Source: Camelus dromedarius (taxonomy: Eukaryota). Taken from it: 64,000 bases of DNA. The stretch is taken from NCBI RefSeq assembly GCF_036321535.1, contig NC_087436.1, positions 2,790,001 through 2,854,000 on the forward strand, read 5' to 3'. A program made the position numbers and the translations under genes. Shown piece after piece: positions 1 to 13,400 of the stretch. The notes under the pieces are model-generated. The model searched no databases. It was given only the letters and a program-made list of their open reading frames with translations, and was not told where the DNA came from. Within the stretch, counting starts at the first letter, position 1, and each line of letters begins with the position of its first letter.

Positions 1-497
1 CCGGTTTGAAGTTCCTGCAGTTTTCACTGTAAAACCGAGTTGGAGCTTGTACCTCCCCATATATATGTATGGAGTGGAGTTTGCAAGTGAAAAGAAACTT
101 TGTGTTCCCAACAAGCTATTTGAAGGACGGCTTTCACACACAGTTATCCCTCAGAACTGAGCATGTGGAGAGACGTTCGTTCATCTAGCACAAAGGGAAT
201 GGTTTGCAGGAGAAACTTTTACTCTGGTTTCTCATTCTGTTTCCTTGTGCCGGTTTGAATTTCCTGCAATATTCACTGTAAAACCGAGTTGGAGCTAGTA
301 CCTCCCCATATATATGTACGGAGTGGAGTTTGCAAGTTAAAAGAAACTTTGTGTTCCCAACAAGCTAGGTGAAGGACGGCTTTCACACACCTTATCTCTC
401 AGAACTGAGCATGTGGAGAGACATTCGTTCATCTAGCACAAAGGGAACGGTTTGATGGAGAAACTTTTTCTCTGGTTTCTCTGTCTGTTTCCTGTTG

Positions 498-3400
498 CCG
501 GTTTAAATTTCCTGCAGTTTTCACTGTAAAAACGATTTGGAGGTAGTACCTCCCCATATATATTTATGGAGTGGAGTTTGCAACTGAAAGGAACTTTGTG
601 TTCCCAAGAAGCTAGGTGAAGGACGGCTTTCACACACACTTATCTCTCAGAACTGAGCATGTGGGGAGACGTTCGTTCATCTAGCAAAATGGGAACGGGT
701 TGCAGGAGAAACTTTTACTCTGGTTTCTCAGTCTGTTTCCTGTTGCCGGTTTGAAGTTCCTGCAATTTTCACTGTAAAACCGATTTGGAGCTAGAACATC
801 CCCATATATTTGTATGGAGGGGAGTTTGCAAATGAAAAGAAACTTTGTGTTCCCAACAAGCTAGGTGAAGGACGGCTTTCACACACACTTATCTCTCAGA
901 AATGAGCATGTGGAGAGACGTTCGTTCATCTAGCACAAAGGGAACGGGTTGCAGGAGAAACTTTTACTCTGGTTTCTCAGTCTGTTTCCTAGTGCCGGTT
1001 TGAAGTTCCTGCAGTTTTCACTTTAAAACCGATTTGGAGCTAGTACCTCCCCATATATATGTATGGATTGGAGTTTGCAAGTGAAAAGAAACTTTGTGTT
1101 CCCAACAAGCTAGTTGAAGGACGGCTTTCACACACACTTATCTCTCAGAACTGAGCATGTCGAGAGACGTTCGTTCATCTAGCACAAAGGGAACGTGTTG
1201 CAGGAGAAACTTTTACTCTGGTTTCTCATTCTGTTTCCTAGTGCCGGTTTGATGTTCCTGCAATTTTCACTGTAAAACCGATTTGGAGCTAGTACCTCCC
1301 CATATATACGTATGGATTGGAGTTTGCAAGTGAAAAGAAACTTTGTGTTCCCAAAAAGCTAGGTGAAGTACGGCTTTAACACACACTTATCTCTCAGAAC
1401 TGAGCATGTGGAGAGACGTTCTTTGATCTAGCACAAAGGGAACGGGTTGCAGGAGAAACTTTTACTCTGGTTTCTCAGTCTGTTTCCTAGTGCCGGTTTG
1501 AAGTTCCTGCAGTTTTCACTGTAAAACCGATTTGGAGCTAGTACCTCCCCATATATATGTATGGAGTGGAGTTTGCAAGTGAAAAGAAACTTTGTGTTCC
1601 CAACAAGCTAGGTGAAAGACGGCTTTCACACACGCTTATCTCTCAGAACTGAGCATGTGGAGAGACGTTCGTTCATCTAGCACAAAGGGAACGGGTTGCA
1701 GGAGAAACTTTTACTCTGGTTTCTCAGTCTGTTTCCTAGTGCCGGTTTGAAGTTCCTGCAGTTTTCACTGTAAGAGCGAGTTGAAGCTAGTACCTCCCCA
1801 TATATATGTATGGATTGGAGTTTGCAAATGAAAAGAAACTTTGTGTTCCCAAGAAGCTAGGTGAAGTATGGCATTCACACACTATTATCTCTCAGAACTG
1901 AGCATGTGGAGAGACGTTCGTTCATCTAGCACAAAGGAAACTGGTTGCAGGGGAAACTTAACTCTGGTTTCTCAGTCTGTTTCCTAGTGCCGGTTTGAAG
2001 TTCCTGCAGTTTTCACTTTAAAACCAAGTTGGAGCTAGTACAACCCCTTATATATGTATGGAGTGGAATTTGCAACTGAAAGGAACTTTGTGTTCCCAAG
2101 AAACTATTTGAAGTTCGGCTTTCACACACACTTATCTCTCAGAACTGAGCATGTGGAGAGACGTTCGTTCATCTAGCACAAAGGGAACGGTTTGCAGGAG
2201 AAACTTTTACTCTCTTTTCTCAGTCTGTTTCCTAGTGCCGGTTTGAATTTCCTGCAATATTCACTGTAAAACCGATTTGGAGCTAGTAACTCCCCATATA
2301 TATGTATGGATTGGAGTTTGCAACTGAAAAGAAACTTTGTGTTCCCAACAAGCCTTGTGAAGGACGGCTTTCACACACACTTATCTCTCAGAACTGAGCT
2401 TGTGGAGAGACGTTCGTTCATCTAGCACAATGGGAACGGGTTGCAGGAGGAAATATTACTCTGGTTTCTCAGTCTGTTTCCTAGTGCCGGTTTGAATTTC
2501 CTGCAGTTTTCACTGTAAAACAGATTTGGAGCTAGTACCTCCCCATATATATGTATGGAGTGGAGTTTGCAACTGAAAAGAATCTTTGTGTTCCCAAGAA
2601 GCTAGGTGCAGTACGGCTTTCACACACTCTTATCTCTCAGAACTGAGCATGTGGAGAGACGTTCGTTCATGTAGCACAAAGAAGCGGGTTGCAGGAGAAA
2701 CTTAAGTCTGGTTTCTCATTCTGTTTCCTAGTGCCGGTTTGAAGTTCCTGCAGTTTTCACTGTAAAACCGAGTTGGAGCTAGTACCTCCCCATATATATG
2801 TATGGATTGGAGTTTTCAACTGAAAAGAAACTTTGTGTTCCCAAGAAGCTAGGTGAAGTACGGCTTTCACACACTCTTATCTCTCAGAACTGAGCATGTG
2901 GAGAGACGTTCGTTCATCTAGCACAAAGAAGCGGGTTGCAGGAGAAACTTTTACTCTGGTTTCTCAGTCTGTTTCCTAGTGCCGGTTTGAAGTTCCTGCA
3001 GTTTTCACTGTAAGAGCGAGTTGAAGCTAGTACCTCCCCATATATATGTATGGATTGGAGTTTGCAAATGAAAAGAAACTTTGTGTTCCCTAGAAGCTAG
3101 GTGAAGTATGGCATTCACACACTATTATCTCTCAGAACTGAGCATGTGGAGAGACGTTCGTTCATCTAGCACAAAGGAAATAGGGTTGCAGGAGAAACTT
3201 AACTCTGGTTTCTCAGTCTGTTTCCTAGTGCCGGTTTGAAGTTCCTGCAGTTTTCACTGTAAAACCGAGTTGGAGCTAGTACATCCCCTTATAAATGTAT
3301 GGAGTGGAATTTGCAACTGAAAGGAACTTTGTGTTCCCAAGAAACTATTTGAAGTTCGGCTTTCACACACACTTATCTCTCAGAACTGAGCATGTGGAGA

Positions 3401-5964
3401 GACGTTCGTTCATCTAGCACAATGGGAACGGGTTGCAGGAGGAACTATTACTCTGGTTTCTCAGTCTGTTTCCTAGTGCCGGTTTGAAGTTCCTGCAGTT
3501 TTCACTGTAAAACCGATTTGGAGATAGTACCTCCCCATATATATGTATGGAGTGGGGTTTGCAAGTGAAAAGAAACTTTGTGTTCTCAACAAGCTAGGTG
3601 AAGGACGGCTTTAACACACAATTATCTCTCAGAACTGAGCATGTGGAGAGACGTTCGTTCATCTAGCACAAAAGGAACGGGTTGCAGGAGAAACTTTTAC
3701 TCTGGTTTCTCAGTCTGTTTCCTAGTGCCGGTTTGATGTTCCTGCAGTTTTCACTGTAAAACCGAGTTGGAGCTTGTACCTACCCATATATATGTATGCA
3801 GTGGAGTTTGCAACTGAAAAGAAACTTTGTGTTCCCAACAAGCTATTTGAAGGACGGCTTTCACACACAGTTATCCCTCAGAACTGAGCATGTGGAGAGA
3901 CGTTCGTTCATCTAGCACAAAGGGAATGGGTTGAAGGAGAAACTTTTACTCTGGTTTCTCATTCTGTTTCCTAGTGCCGGTTTGAATTTCCTGCAATTTT
4001 CACTGTAAAACCGAGTTGGAGCTAGTACCTCCCCATATATATGTATGGATTGGAGTTTGCAAGTGAAAAGAAACTTGGTGTTCCCAACAAGCTAGGTTAA
4101 GGACGGCTTTCACACACCTTATCTCTCAGAACTGAGCATGTGGAGAGACGTTCGTTCATCTAGCAGAAAGGGAACGGGTTGTAGGAGAAACTTTTACTCT
4201 GGTTTCTCAGTCTGTTTCCTAGTGCCGGTTTGAATTTCCTGCAGTTTTCACTGTAAAACCGAGTTGGAGTTTGTACCTCCCCATATATATGTATGGAGTG
4301 GAGTTTGCAACTGAAAAGAAACTTTGTGTTCCCAAGAAGCTAGGTGAAGGACGGCTTTCACACACTCTTATCTCTCAGAACTGAGCATGTGGAGAGACGT
4401 TCGTTCATCTACCACAAAGGAATCGGGATGCAGGAGAAACTTAACTCTGGTTTCTCATTTTGTTTCCTAGTGCCGGTTTGAAGTTCCTGCAGTTTTCACT
4501 GTAAAACCGATTTGGAGATAGTACCTCCCCATATATATGTATGGAGTGGAGTTTGCAAGTGAAAAGAAACTTTGTGTACCCAACAAGCTAGGTGAAGTAC
4601 CGCTTAAACACACAATTATCTCTCAGAACTGAGCATGTGGAGAGACGTTCGTTCATCTAGCACAAAAGTAACGGGTTGCAGGAGAAACTTTTACTCTGGT
4701 TTCTCAGTCTGTTTCCTAGTGCCGGTTTGAAGTTCCTGCAGTTTTCATTTTTAAACCGAGTTGGAGCTAGTACCTCCCCATATAAATGTATGGAGTGGAG
4801 TTTGCAAGTGAAAAGAAACTTTGTGTTCCCAACAAGCTATTTGAAGGACGGCTTTCACACACAGTTATCCCTCAGAACTGAGCATGTGGAGAGACGTTCG
4901 TTCATCTAGCAGAAAGGGAATGGGTTGCAGGTGAAACTTTTACTCTGGTTTCTCAGTCTGTTTCCTAGTGCCGGTTTGAAGTTCCTGCAGTTTTCACTGT
5001 AAGAGCGAGTTGAAGCTAGTACCTCCCCATATATATGTACGGAGTGGAGTTTGCAAATGAAAAGAAACTTTGTGTTCCCTAGAAGCTAGCTGAAGTATGG
5101 CATTCAAACACTATTATCTCTCAGAACTGAGCATGTGGACATACGTTCGTTCATCTAGCACAAACGTAACGGGTTGCAGGAGAAACTTAACTCTAGTTTC
5201 TCAGTCTGTTTCCTAGTGCCGGTTTGAAGTTCCTGCAGTTTTCAGTGTAAATCCGAGATGCATCTAGTACCTCCTCATATATATGTATGAAGTGGAGTTT
5301 GCAAGTGAAAAGAAACTTTGTGTTCCCAACAAGCTAGTTGAAGGACGGCTTTCACACACACTTTTCTCTCAGAACTGAGCATGTGGAGAGACGTTCGTTC
5401 ATCTAGCACAAAGGGAACGGGTGGAAGGAGAAATTTTTCTCTGGTTTCTCAGTATGTTTCCTGTTGCCGTTTTAAAGTTCCTGCAGTTTTCACTGTAAAA
5501 CCGAGTTGGAGCTAGTACATCCCCTTATATATGTATGGAGTGGAATTTGCAACTGAAAGGAACTTTGTGTTCCCAAGAAACTAGGTGAAGGTCGGCCTTC
5601 ACACACACTTATCTCTCACAACTGAGCATGTGGAGAGACGTTCGTTCATCTAGCACAAAGGGAACGGGTTGCAGGAGAAACTTTTTGCTCTCTTTTCTCA
5701 GTCGGTTTCCTAGTGCCGGTTTGAAGTTCCTGCAGTTTTAACTGTAAAACAGATTTGGAGCTAGTAACTCCCCATATATATGTATGGATTGGAGTTTGCA
5801 ACTGAAAAGAAACTTTGTGTTCCCAACAAGCCTTGTGAAGGACGGCTTTCACACACAATTATCTCTCAGAACTGAGCATGTGGAGAGACATTCGTTCATC
5901 TAGCACAAAGGGAACGGGTTGAAGGAGAAACTTTTTCTCTGGTTTCTCTGTCTGTTTCCTGTTG
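498..5964. repeat. 22-monomer higher-order repeat unit (5,467 bp), complete copy
   Basis: The monomer marked by AAAACGATTTGGAGGTAG starts at 498 and 5965, and the following variant monomers recur in the same order. ORF pair 433/5900 has the same 5,467 offset. Confidence 0.93.
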
Positions 5965-8900
5965 CCGGTTTAAAGTTCCTGCAGTTTTCACTGTAAAAAC
6001 GATTTGGAGGTAGTACCTCCCCATATATATGTATGGAGTGGAGTTTGCAACTGAAAGGAACTTTGTGTTCCCAAGAAGCTAGGTGAAGGACGGCTTTCAC
6101 ACACACTTATCTCTCAGAACTGAGCATGTGGAGAGACGTTTGTTCATCTAGCAAAAAGGGAACGGGTTGCAGGAGAAACTTTTTCTCTGGTTTCTCAGTC
6201 TGTTTCCTGTTGCCGGTTTGAAGTTCCTGCAATTTTCACTGTAAAACCGAGTTGGAGCTAGAACATCCCCATATATTTGTATGGAGGGGAGTTTGCAAAT
6301 GAAAAGAAACTTTGTGTTCCCAACAAGCTAGGTGAAGGACGGCTTTCACACACACTTATCTCTCAGAAATGAGCATGTGGAGAGACGTTCGTTCATCTAG
6401 CACAAAGGGAACGGGTTGCAGGAGAAACTTTTACTCTGGTTTCTCAGTCTGTTTCCTAGTGCCGGTTTAAAGTTCCTGCAGTTTTCACTTTAAAACCGAT
6501 TTGGAGCTAGTACCTCCCCATATATATGTATGGATTGGAGTTTGCAAGTGAAAAGAAACTTTGTGTTCCCAACAAGCTAGTTGAAGGACGGCTTTCACAC
6601 ACACTTATCTCTCAGAACTGAGCATGTCGAGAGACGTTCGTTCATCTAGCACAAAGGGAACGTGTTGCAGGAGAAACTTTTACTCTGGTTTCTCATTCTG
6701 TTTCCTAGTGCCGGTTTGATGTTCCTGCAATTTTCACTGTAAAACCGAGTTGGAGCTAGTACCTCCCCATATATACGTATGGATTGGAGTTTGCAAGTGA
6801 AAAGAAACTTTGTGTTCCCAAAAAGCTAGGTGAAGTACGGCTTTAACACACACTTATCTCTCAGAACTGAGCATGTGGAGAGACGTTCTTTGATCTAGCA
6901 CAAAGGGAACGGGTTGCAGGAGAAACTTTTACTCTGGTTTCTCAGTCTGTTTCCTAGTGCCGGTTTGAAGTTCCTGCAGTTTTCACTGTAAAACCGATTT
7001 GGAGCTAGTACCTCCCCATATATATGTATGGAGTGGAGTTTGCAAGTGAAAAGAAACTTTGTGTTCCCAGCAAGCTAGGTGAAAGACGGCTTTCACACAC
7101 GCTTATCTCTCAGAACTGAGCATGTGGAGAGACGTTCGTTCATCTAGCACAAAGGGAACGGGTTGCAGGAGAAACTTTTACTCTGGTTTCTCAGTCTGTT
7201 TCCTAGTGCCGGTTTGAAGTTCCTGCAGTTTTCACTGTAAGAGCGAGTTGAAGCTAGTACCTCCCCATATATATGTATGGATTGGAGTTTGCAAATGAAA
7301 AGAAACTTTGTGTTCCCAAGAAGCTAGGTGAAGTATGGCATTCACACACTATTATCTCTCAGAACTGAGCATGTGGAGAGACGTTCGTTCATCTAGCACA
7401 AAGGAAACTGGTTGCAGGGGAAACTTAACTCTGGTTTCTCAGTCTGTTTCCTAGTGCCGGTTTGAAGTTCCTGCAGTTTTCACTTTAAAACCAAGTTGGA
7501 GCTAGTACAACCCCTTATATATGTATGGAGTGGAATTTGCAACTGAAAGGAACTTTGTGTTCCCAAGAAACTATTTGAAGTTCGGCTTTCACACACACTT
7601 ATCTCTCAGAACTGAGCATGTGGAGAGACGTTCGTTCATCTAGCACAAAGGGAACGGTTTGCAGGAGAAACTTTTACTCTCTTTTCTCAGTCTGTTTCCT
7701 AGTGCCGGTTTGAATTTCCTGCAATATTCACTGTAAAACCGATTTGGAGCTAGTAACTCCCCATATATATGTATGGATTGGAGTTTGCAACTGAAAAGAA
7801 ACTTTGTGTTCCCAACAAGCCTTGTGAAGGACGGCTTTCACACACACTTATCTCTCAGAACTGAGCTTGTGGAGAGACGTTCGTTCATCTAGCACAATGG
7901 GAACGGGTTGCAGGAGGAACTATTACTCTGGTTTCTCAGTCTGTTTCCTAGTGCCGGTTTGAATTTCCTGCAGTTTTCACTGTAAAACAGATTTGGAGCT
8001 AGTACCTCCCCATATATATGTATGGAGTGGAGTTTGCAACTGAAAAGAATCTTTGTGTTCCCAAGAAGCTAGGTGCAGTACGGCTTTCACACACTCTTAT
8101 CTCTCAGAACTGAGCATGTGGAGAGACGTTCGTTCATGTAGCACAAAGAAGCGGGTTGCAGGAGAAACTTAAGTCTGGTTTCTCATTCTGTTTCCTAGTG
8201 CCGCTTTGAAGTTCCTGCAGTTTTCACTGTAAAACCGAGTTGGAGCTAGTACCTCCCCATATATATGTATGGATTGGAGTTTTCAACTGAAAATAAACTT
8301 TGTGTTCCCAAGAAGCTAGGTGAAGTACGGCTTTCACACACTCTTATCTCTCAGAACTGAGCATGTGGAGAGACGTTCGTTCATCTAGCACAAAGAAGCG
8401 GGTTGCAGGAGAAACTTTTACTCTGGTTTCTCAGTCTGTTTCCTAGTGCCGGTTTGAAGTTCCTGCAGTTTTCACTGTAAGAGCGAGTTGAAGCTAGTAC
8501 ATCCCCATATATATGTATGGATTGGAGTTTGCAAATGAAAAGAAACTTTGTGTTCCCTAGAAGCTAGGTGAAGTATGGCATTCACACACTATTATCTCTC
8601 AGAACTGAGCATGTGGAGAGACGTTCGTTCATCTAGCACAAAGGAAATAGGGTTGCAGGAGAAACTTAACTCTGGTTTCTCAGTCTGTTTCCTAGTGCCG
8701 GTTTGAAGTTCCTGCAGTTTTCACTGTAAAACCGAGTTGGAGCTAGTACATCCCCTTATAAATGTATGGAGTGGAATTTGCAACTGAAAGGAACTTTGTG
8801 TTCCCAAGAAACTATTTGAAGTTCGGCTTTCACACACACTTATCTCTCAGAACTGAGCATGTGGAGAGACGTTCGTTCATCTAGCACAATGGGAACGGGT

Positions 8901-10436
8901 TGCAGGAGGAACTATTACTCTGGTTTCTCAGTCTGTTTCCTAGTGCCGGTTTGAATTTCCTGCAGTTTTCACTGTAAAACCGAGTTGGAGTTTGTACCTC
9001 CCCATATATATGTATGGAGTGGAGTTTGCAACTGAAAAGAAACTTTGTGTTCCCAAGAAGCTAGGTGAAGGACGGCTTTCACACACTCTTATCTCTCAGA
9101 ACTGAGCATGTGGAGAGACGTTCGTTCATCTACCACAAAGGAATCGGGATGCAGGAGAAACTTAACTCTGGTTTCTCATTTTGTTTCCTAGTGCCGGTTT
9201 GAAGTTCCTGCAGTTTTCACTGTAAAACCGATTTGGAGATAGTACCTCCCCATATATATGTATGGAGTGGAGTTTGCAAGTGAAAAGAAACTTTGTGTAC
9301 CCAACAAGCTAGGTGAAGTACCGCTTAAACACACAATTATCTCTCAGAACTGAGCATGTGGAGAGACGTTCGTTCATCTAGCACAAAAGTAACGGGTTGC
9401 AGGAGAAACTTTTACTCTGGTTTCTCAGTCTGTTTCCTAGTGCCGGTTTGAAGTTCCTGCAGTTTTCACTTTTAAACCGAGTTGGAGCTAGTACCTCCCC
9501 ATATAAATGTATGGAGTGGAGTTTGCAAGTGAAAAGAAACTTTGTGTTCCCAACAAGCTATTTGAAGGACGGCTTTCACACACAGTTATCCCTCAGAACT
9601 GAGCATGTGGAGAGACGTTCGTTCATCTAGCAGAAAGGGAATGGGTTGCAGGTGAAACTTTTACTCTGGTTTCTCAGTCTGTTTCCTAGTGCCGGTTTGA
9701 AGTTCCTGCAGTTTTCACTGTAAGAGCGAGTTGAAGCTAGTACCTCCCCATATATATGTACGGAGTGGAGTTTGCAAATGAAAAGAAACTTTGTGTTCCC
9801 TAGAAGCTAGCTGAAGTATGGCATTCAAACACTATTATCTCTCAGAACTGAGCATGTGGACATACGTTCGTTCATCTAGCACAAACGGAACGGGTTGCAG
9901 GAGAAACTTAACTCTAGTTTCTCAGTCTGTTTCCTAGTGCCGGTTTGAAGTTCCTGCAGTTTTCAGTGTAAATCCGAGATGCATCTAGTACCTCCTCATA
10001 TATATGTATGAAGTGGAGTTTGCAAGTGAAAAGAAACTTTGTGTTCCAAACAAGCTAGTTGAAGGACGGCTTTCACACACACTTTTCTCTCAGAACTGAG
10101 CATGTGGAGAGACGTTCGTTCATCTAGCACAAAGGGAACGGGTTGAAGGAGAAATTTTTCTCTGGTTTCTCAGTATGTTTCCTGTTGCCGTTTTAAAGTT
10201 CCTGCAGTTTTCACTGTAAAACCGAGTTGGAGCTAGTACATCCCCTTATATATGTATGGAGTGGAATTTGCAACTGAAAGGAACTTTGTGTTCCCAAGAA
10301 ACTAGGTGAAGGTCGGCCTTCACACACACTTATCTCTCACAACTGAGCATGTGGAGAGACGTTCGTTCATCTAGCACAAAGGGAACGGGTTGCAGGAGAA
10401 ACTTTTTGCTCTCTTTTCTCAGTCGGTTTCCTAGTG
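5965..10436. repeat. Second HOR copy: monomers 1-12 and 16-21 (three-monomer, 746-bp internal deletion at ~8946; ends after monomer 21)
   Basis: Matches 498-3478 at offset 5,467, then continues with the monomer seen at 4225 (GAGTTTGTAC, CTACCAC, AATCGGGATG) at offset 4,721, which equals ORF offset 4676/9397. Confidence 0.9.
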
Positions 10437-13400
10437 CCGGTTTGAATTTCCTGCAGTTTTCACTGTAAAACAGATTTGGAGCTAGTACCTCCCCATATAT
10501 ATGTATGGAGTGGAGTTTGCAACTGAAAAGAATCTTTGTGTTCCCAAGAAGCTAGGTGCAGTACGGCTTTCACACACTCTTATCTCTCAGAAATGAGCAT
10601 GTGGAGAGACGTTCGTTCATGTAGCACAAAGAAGCGGGTTGCAGGAGAAACTTAAGTCTGGTTTCTCATTCTGTTTCCTAGTGCCGGTTTGAAGTTCCTG
10701 CAGTTTTCACTGTAAAACCGAGTTGGAGCTAGTACCTCCCCATATATATGTATGGATTGGAGTTTTCAACTGAAAATAAACTTTGTGTTCCCAAGAAGCT
10801 AGGTGAAGTACGGCTTTCACACACTCTTATCTCTCAGAACTGAGCATGTGGAGAGACGTTCGTTCATCTAGCACAAAGAAGCGGGTTGCAGGAGAAACTT
10901 TTACTCTGGTTTCTCAGTCTGTTTCCTAGTGCCGGTTTGAAGTTCCTGCAGTTTTCACTGTAAGAGCGAGTTGAAGCTAGTACCTCCCCATATATATGTA
11001 TGGATTGGAGTTTGCAAATGAAAAGAAACTTTGTGTTCCCTAGAAGCTAGGTGAAGTATGGCATTCACACACTATTATCTCTCAGAACTGAGCATGTGGA
11101 GAGACGTTCGTTCATCTAGCACAAAGGAAATAGGGTTGCAGGAGAAACTTAACTCTGGTTTCTCAGTCTGTTTCCTAGTGCCGGTTTGAAGTTCCTGCAG
11201 TTTTCACTGTAAAACCGAGTTGGAGCTAGTACATCCCCTTATAAATGTATGGAGTGGAATTTGCAACTGAAAGGAACTTTGTGTTCCCAAGAAACTATTT
11301 GAAGTTCGGCTTTCACACACACTTATCTCTCAGAACTGAGCATGTGGAGAGACGTTCGTTCATCTAGCACAATGGGAACGGGTTGCAGGAGGAACTATTA
11401 CTCTGGTTTCTCAGTCTGTTTCCTAGTGCCGGTTTGAAGTTCCTGCAGTTTTCACTGTAAAACCGATTTGGAGATAGTACCTCCCCATATATATGTATGG
11501 AGTGGGGTTTGCAAGTGAAAAGAAACTTTGTGTTCTCAACAAGCTAGGTGAAGGACGGCTTTAACACACAATTATCTCTCAGAACTGAGCATGTGGAGAG
11601 ACGTTCGTTCATCTAGCACAAAAGGAACGGGTTGCAGGAGAAACTTTTACTCTGGTTTCTCAGTCTGTTTCCTAGTGCCGGTTTGATGTTCCTGCAGTTT
11701 TCACTGTAAAACCGAGTTGGAGCTTGTACCTACCCATATATATGTATGCAGTGGAGTTTGCAACTGAAAAGAAACTTTGTGTTCCCAACAAGCTATTTGA
11801 AGGACGGCTTTCACACACAGTTATCCCTCAGAACTGAGCATGTGGAGAGACGTTCGTTCATCTAGCACAAAGGGAATGGGTTGAAGGAGAAACTTTTACT
11901 CTGGTTTCTCATTCTGTTTACTAGTGCCGGTTTGAATTTCCTGCAATTTTCACTGTAAAACCGAGTTGGAGCTAGTACCTCCCCATATATATGTATGGAT
12001 TGGAGTTTGCAAGTGAAAAGAAACTTGGTGTTCCCAACAAGCTAGGTTAAGGACGGCTTTCACACACCTTATCTCTCAGAACTGAGCATGTGGAGAGACG
12101 TTCGTTCATCTAGCAGAAAGGGAACGGGTTGTAGGAGAAACTTTTACTCTGGTTTCTCAGTCTGTTTCCTAGTGCCGGTTTGAATTTCCTGCAGTTTTCA
12201 CTGTAAAACCGAGTTGGAGTTTGTACCTCCCCATATATATGTATGGAGTGGAGTTTGCAACTGAAAAGAAACTTTGTGTTCCCAAGAAGCTAGGTGAAGG
12301 ACGGCTTTCACACACTCTTATCTCTCAGAACTGAGCATGTGGAGAGACGTTCGTTCATCTACCACAAAGGAATCGGGATGCAGGAGAAACTTAACTCTGG
12401 TTTCTCATTTTGTTTCCTAGTGCCGGTTTGAAGTTCCTGCAGTTTTCACTGTAAAACCGATTTGGAGATAGTACCTCCCCATATATATGTATGGAGTGGA
12501 GTTTGCAAGTGAAAAGAAACTTTGTGTACCCAACAAGCTAGGTGAAGTACCGCTTAAACACACAATTATCTCTCAGAACTGAGCATGTGGAGAGACGTTC
12601 GTTCATCTAGCACAAAAGTAACGGGTTGCAGGAGAAACTTTTACTCTGGTTTCTCAGTCTGTTTCCTAGTGCCGGTTTGAAGTTCCTGCAGTTTTCACTT
12701 TTAAACCGAGTTGGAGCTAGTACCTCCCCATATAAATGTATGGAGTGGAGTTTGCAAGTGAAAAGAAACTTTGTGTTCCCAACAAGCTATTTGAAGGACG
12801 GCTTTCACACACAGTTATCCCTCAGAACTGAGCATGTGGAGAGACGTTCGTTCATCTAGCAGAAAGGGAATGGGTTGCAGGTGAAACTTTTACTCTGGTT
12901 TCTCAGTCTGTTTCCTAGTGCCGGTTTGAAGTTCCTGCAGTTTTCACTGTAAGAGCGAGTTGAAGCTAGTACCTCCCCATATATATGTACGGAGTGGAGT
13001 TTGCAAATGAAAAGAAACTTTGTGTTCCCTAGAAGCTAGCTGAAGTATGGCATTCAAACACTATTATCTCTCAGAACTGAGCATGTGGACATACGTTCGT
13101 TCATCTAGCACAAACGGAACGGGTTGCAGGAGAAACTTAACTCTAGTTTCTCAGTCTGTTTCCTAGTGCCGGTTTGAAGTTCCTGCAGTTTTCAGTGTAA
13201 ATCCGAGATGCATCTAGTACCTCCTCATATATATGTATGAAGTGGAGTTTGCAAGTGAAAAGAAACTTTGTGTTCCCAACAAGCTAGTTGAAGGACGGCT
13301 TTCACACACACTTTTCTCTCAGAACTGAGCATGTGGAGAGACGTTCGTTCATCTAGCACAAAGGGAACGGGTTGAAGGAGAAATTTTTCTCTGGTTTCTC

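Noticed and set aside
58..72. TATA-box promoter in CATATATATG or the TATAAA variants
   Set aside because: It is a short AT run inside each repeat with no downstream gene; promoter activity cannot be supported from sequence.
1..249. Tandem 5S rRNA, tRNA or snRNA gene array
   Set aside because: No recognisable 5S, tRNA cloverleaf, snRNA or convincing Pol III A/B-box arrangement; GTTCG alone is insufficient.
921..948. Functional canonical CENP-B box
   Set aside because: TTCG and CGGG are 20 nt apart rather than 7; no correctly spaced motif was seen on either strand.
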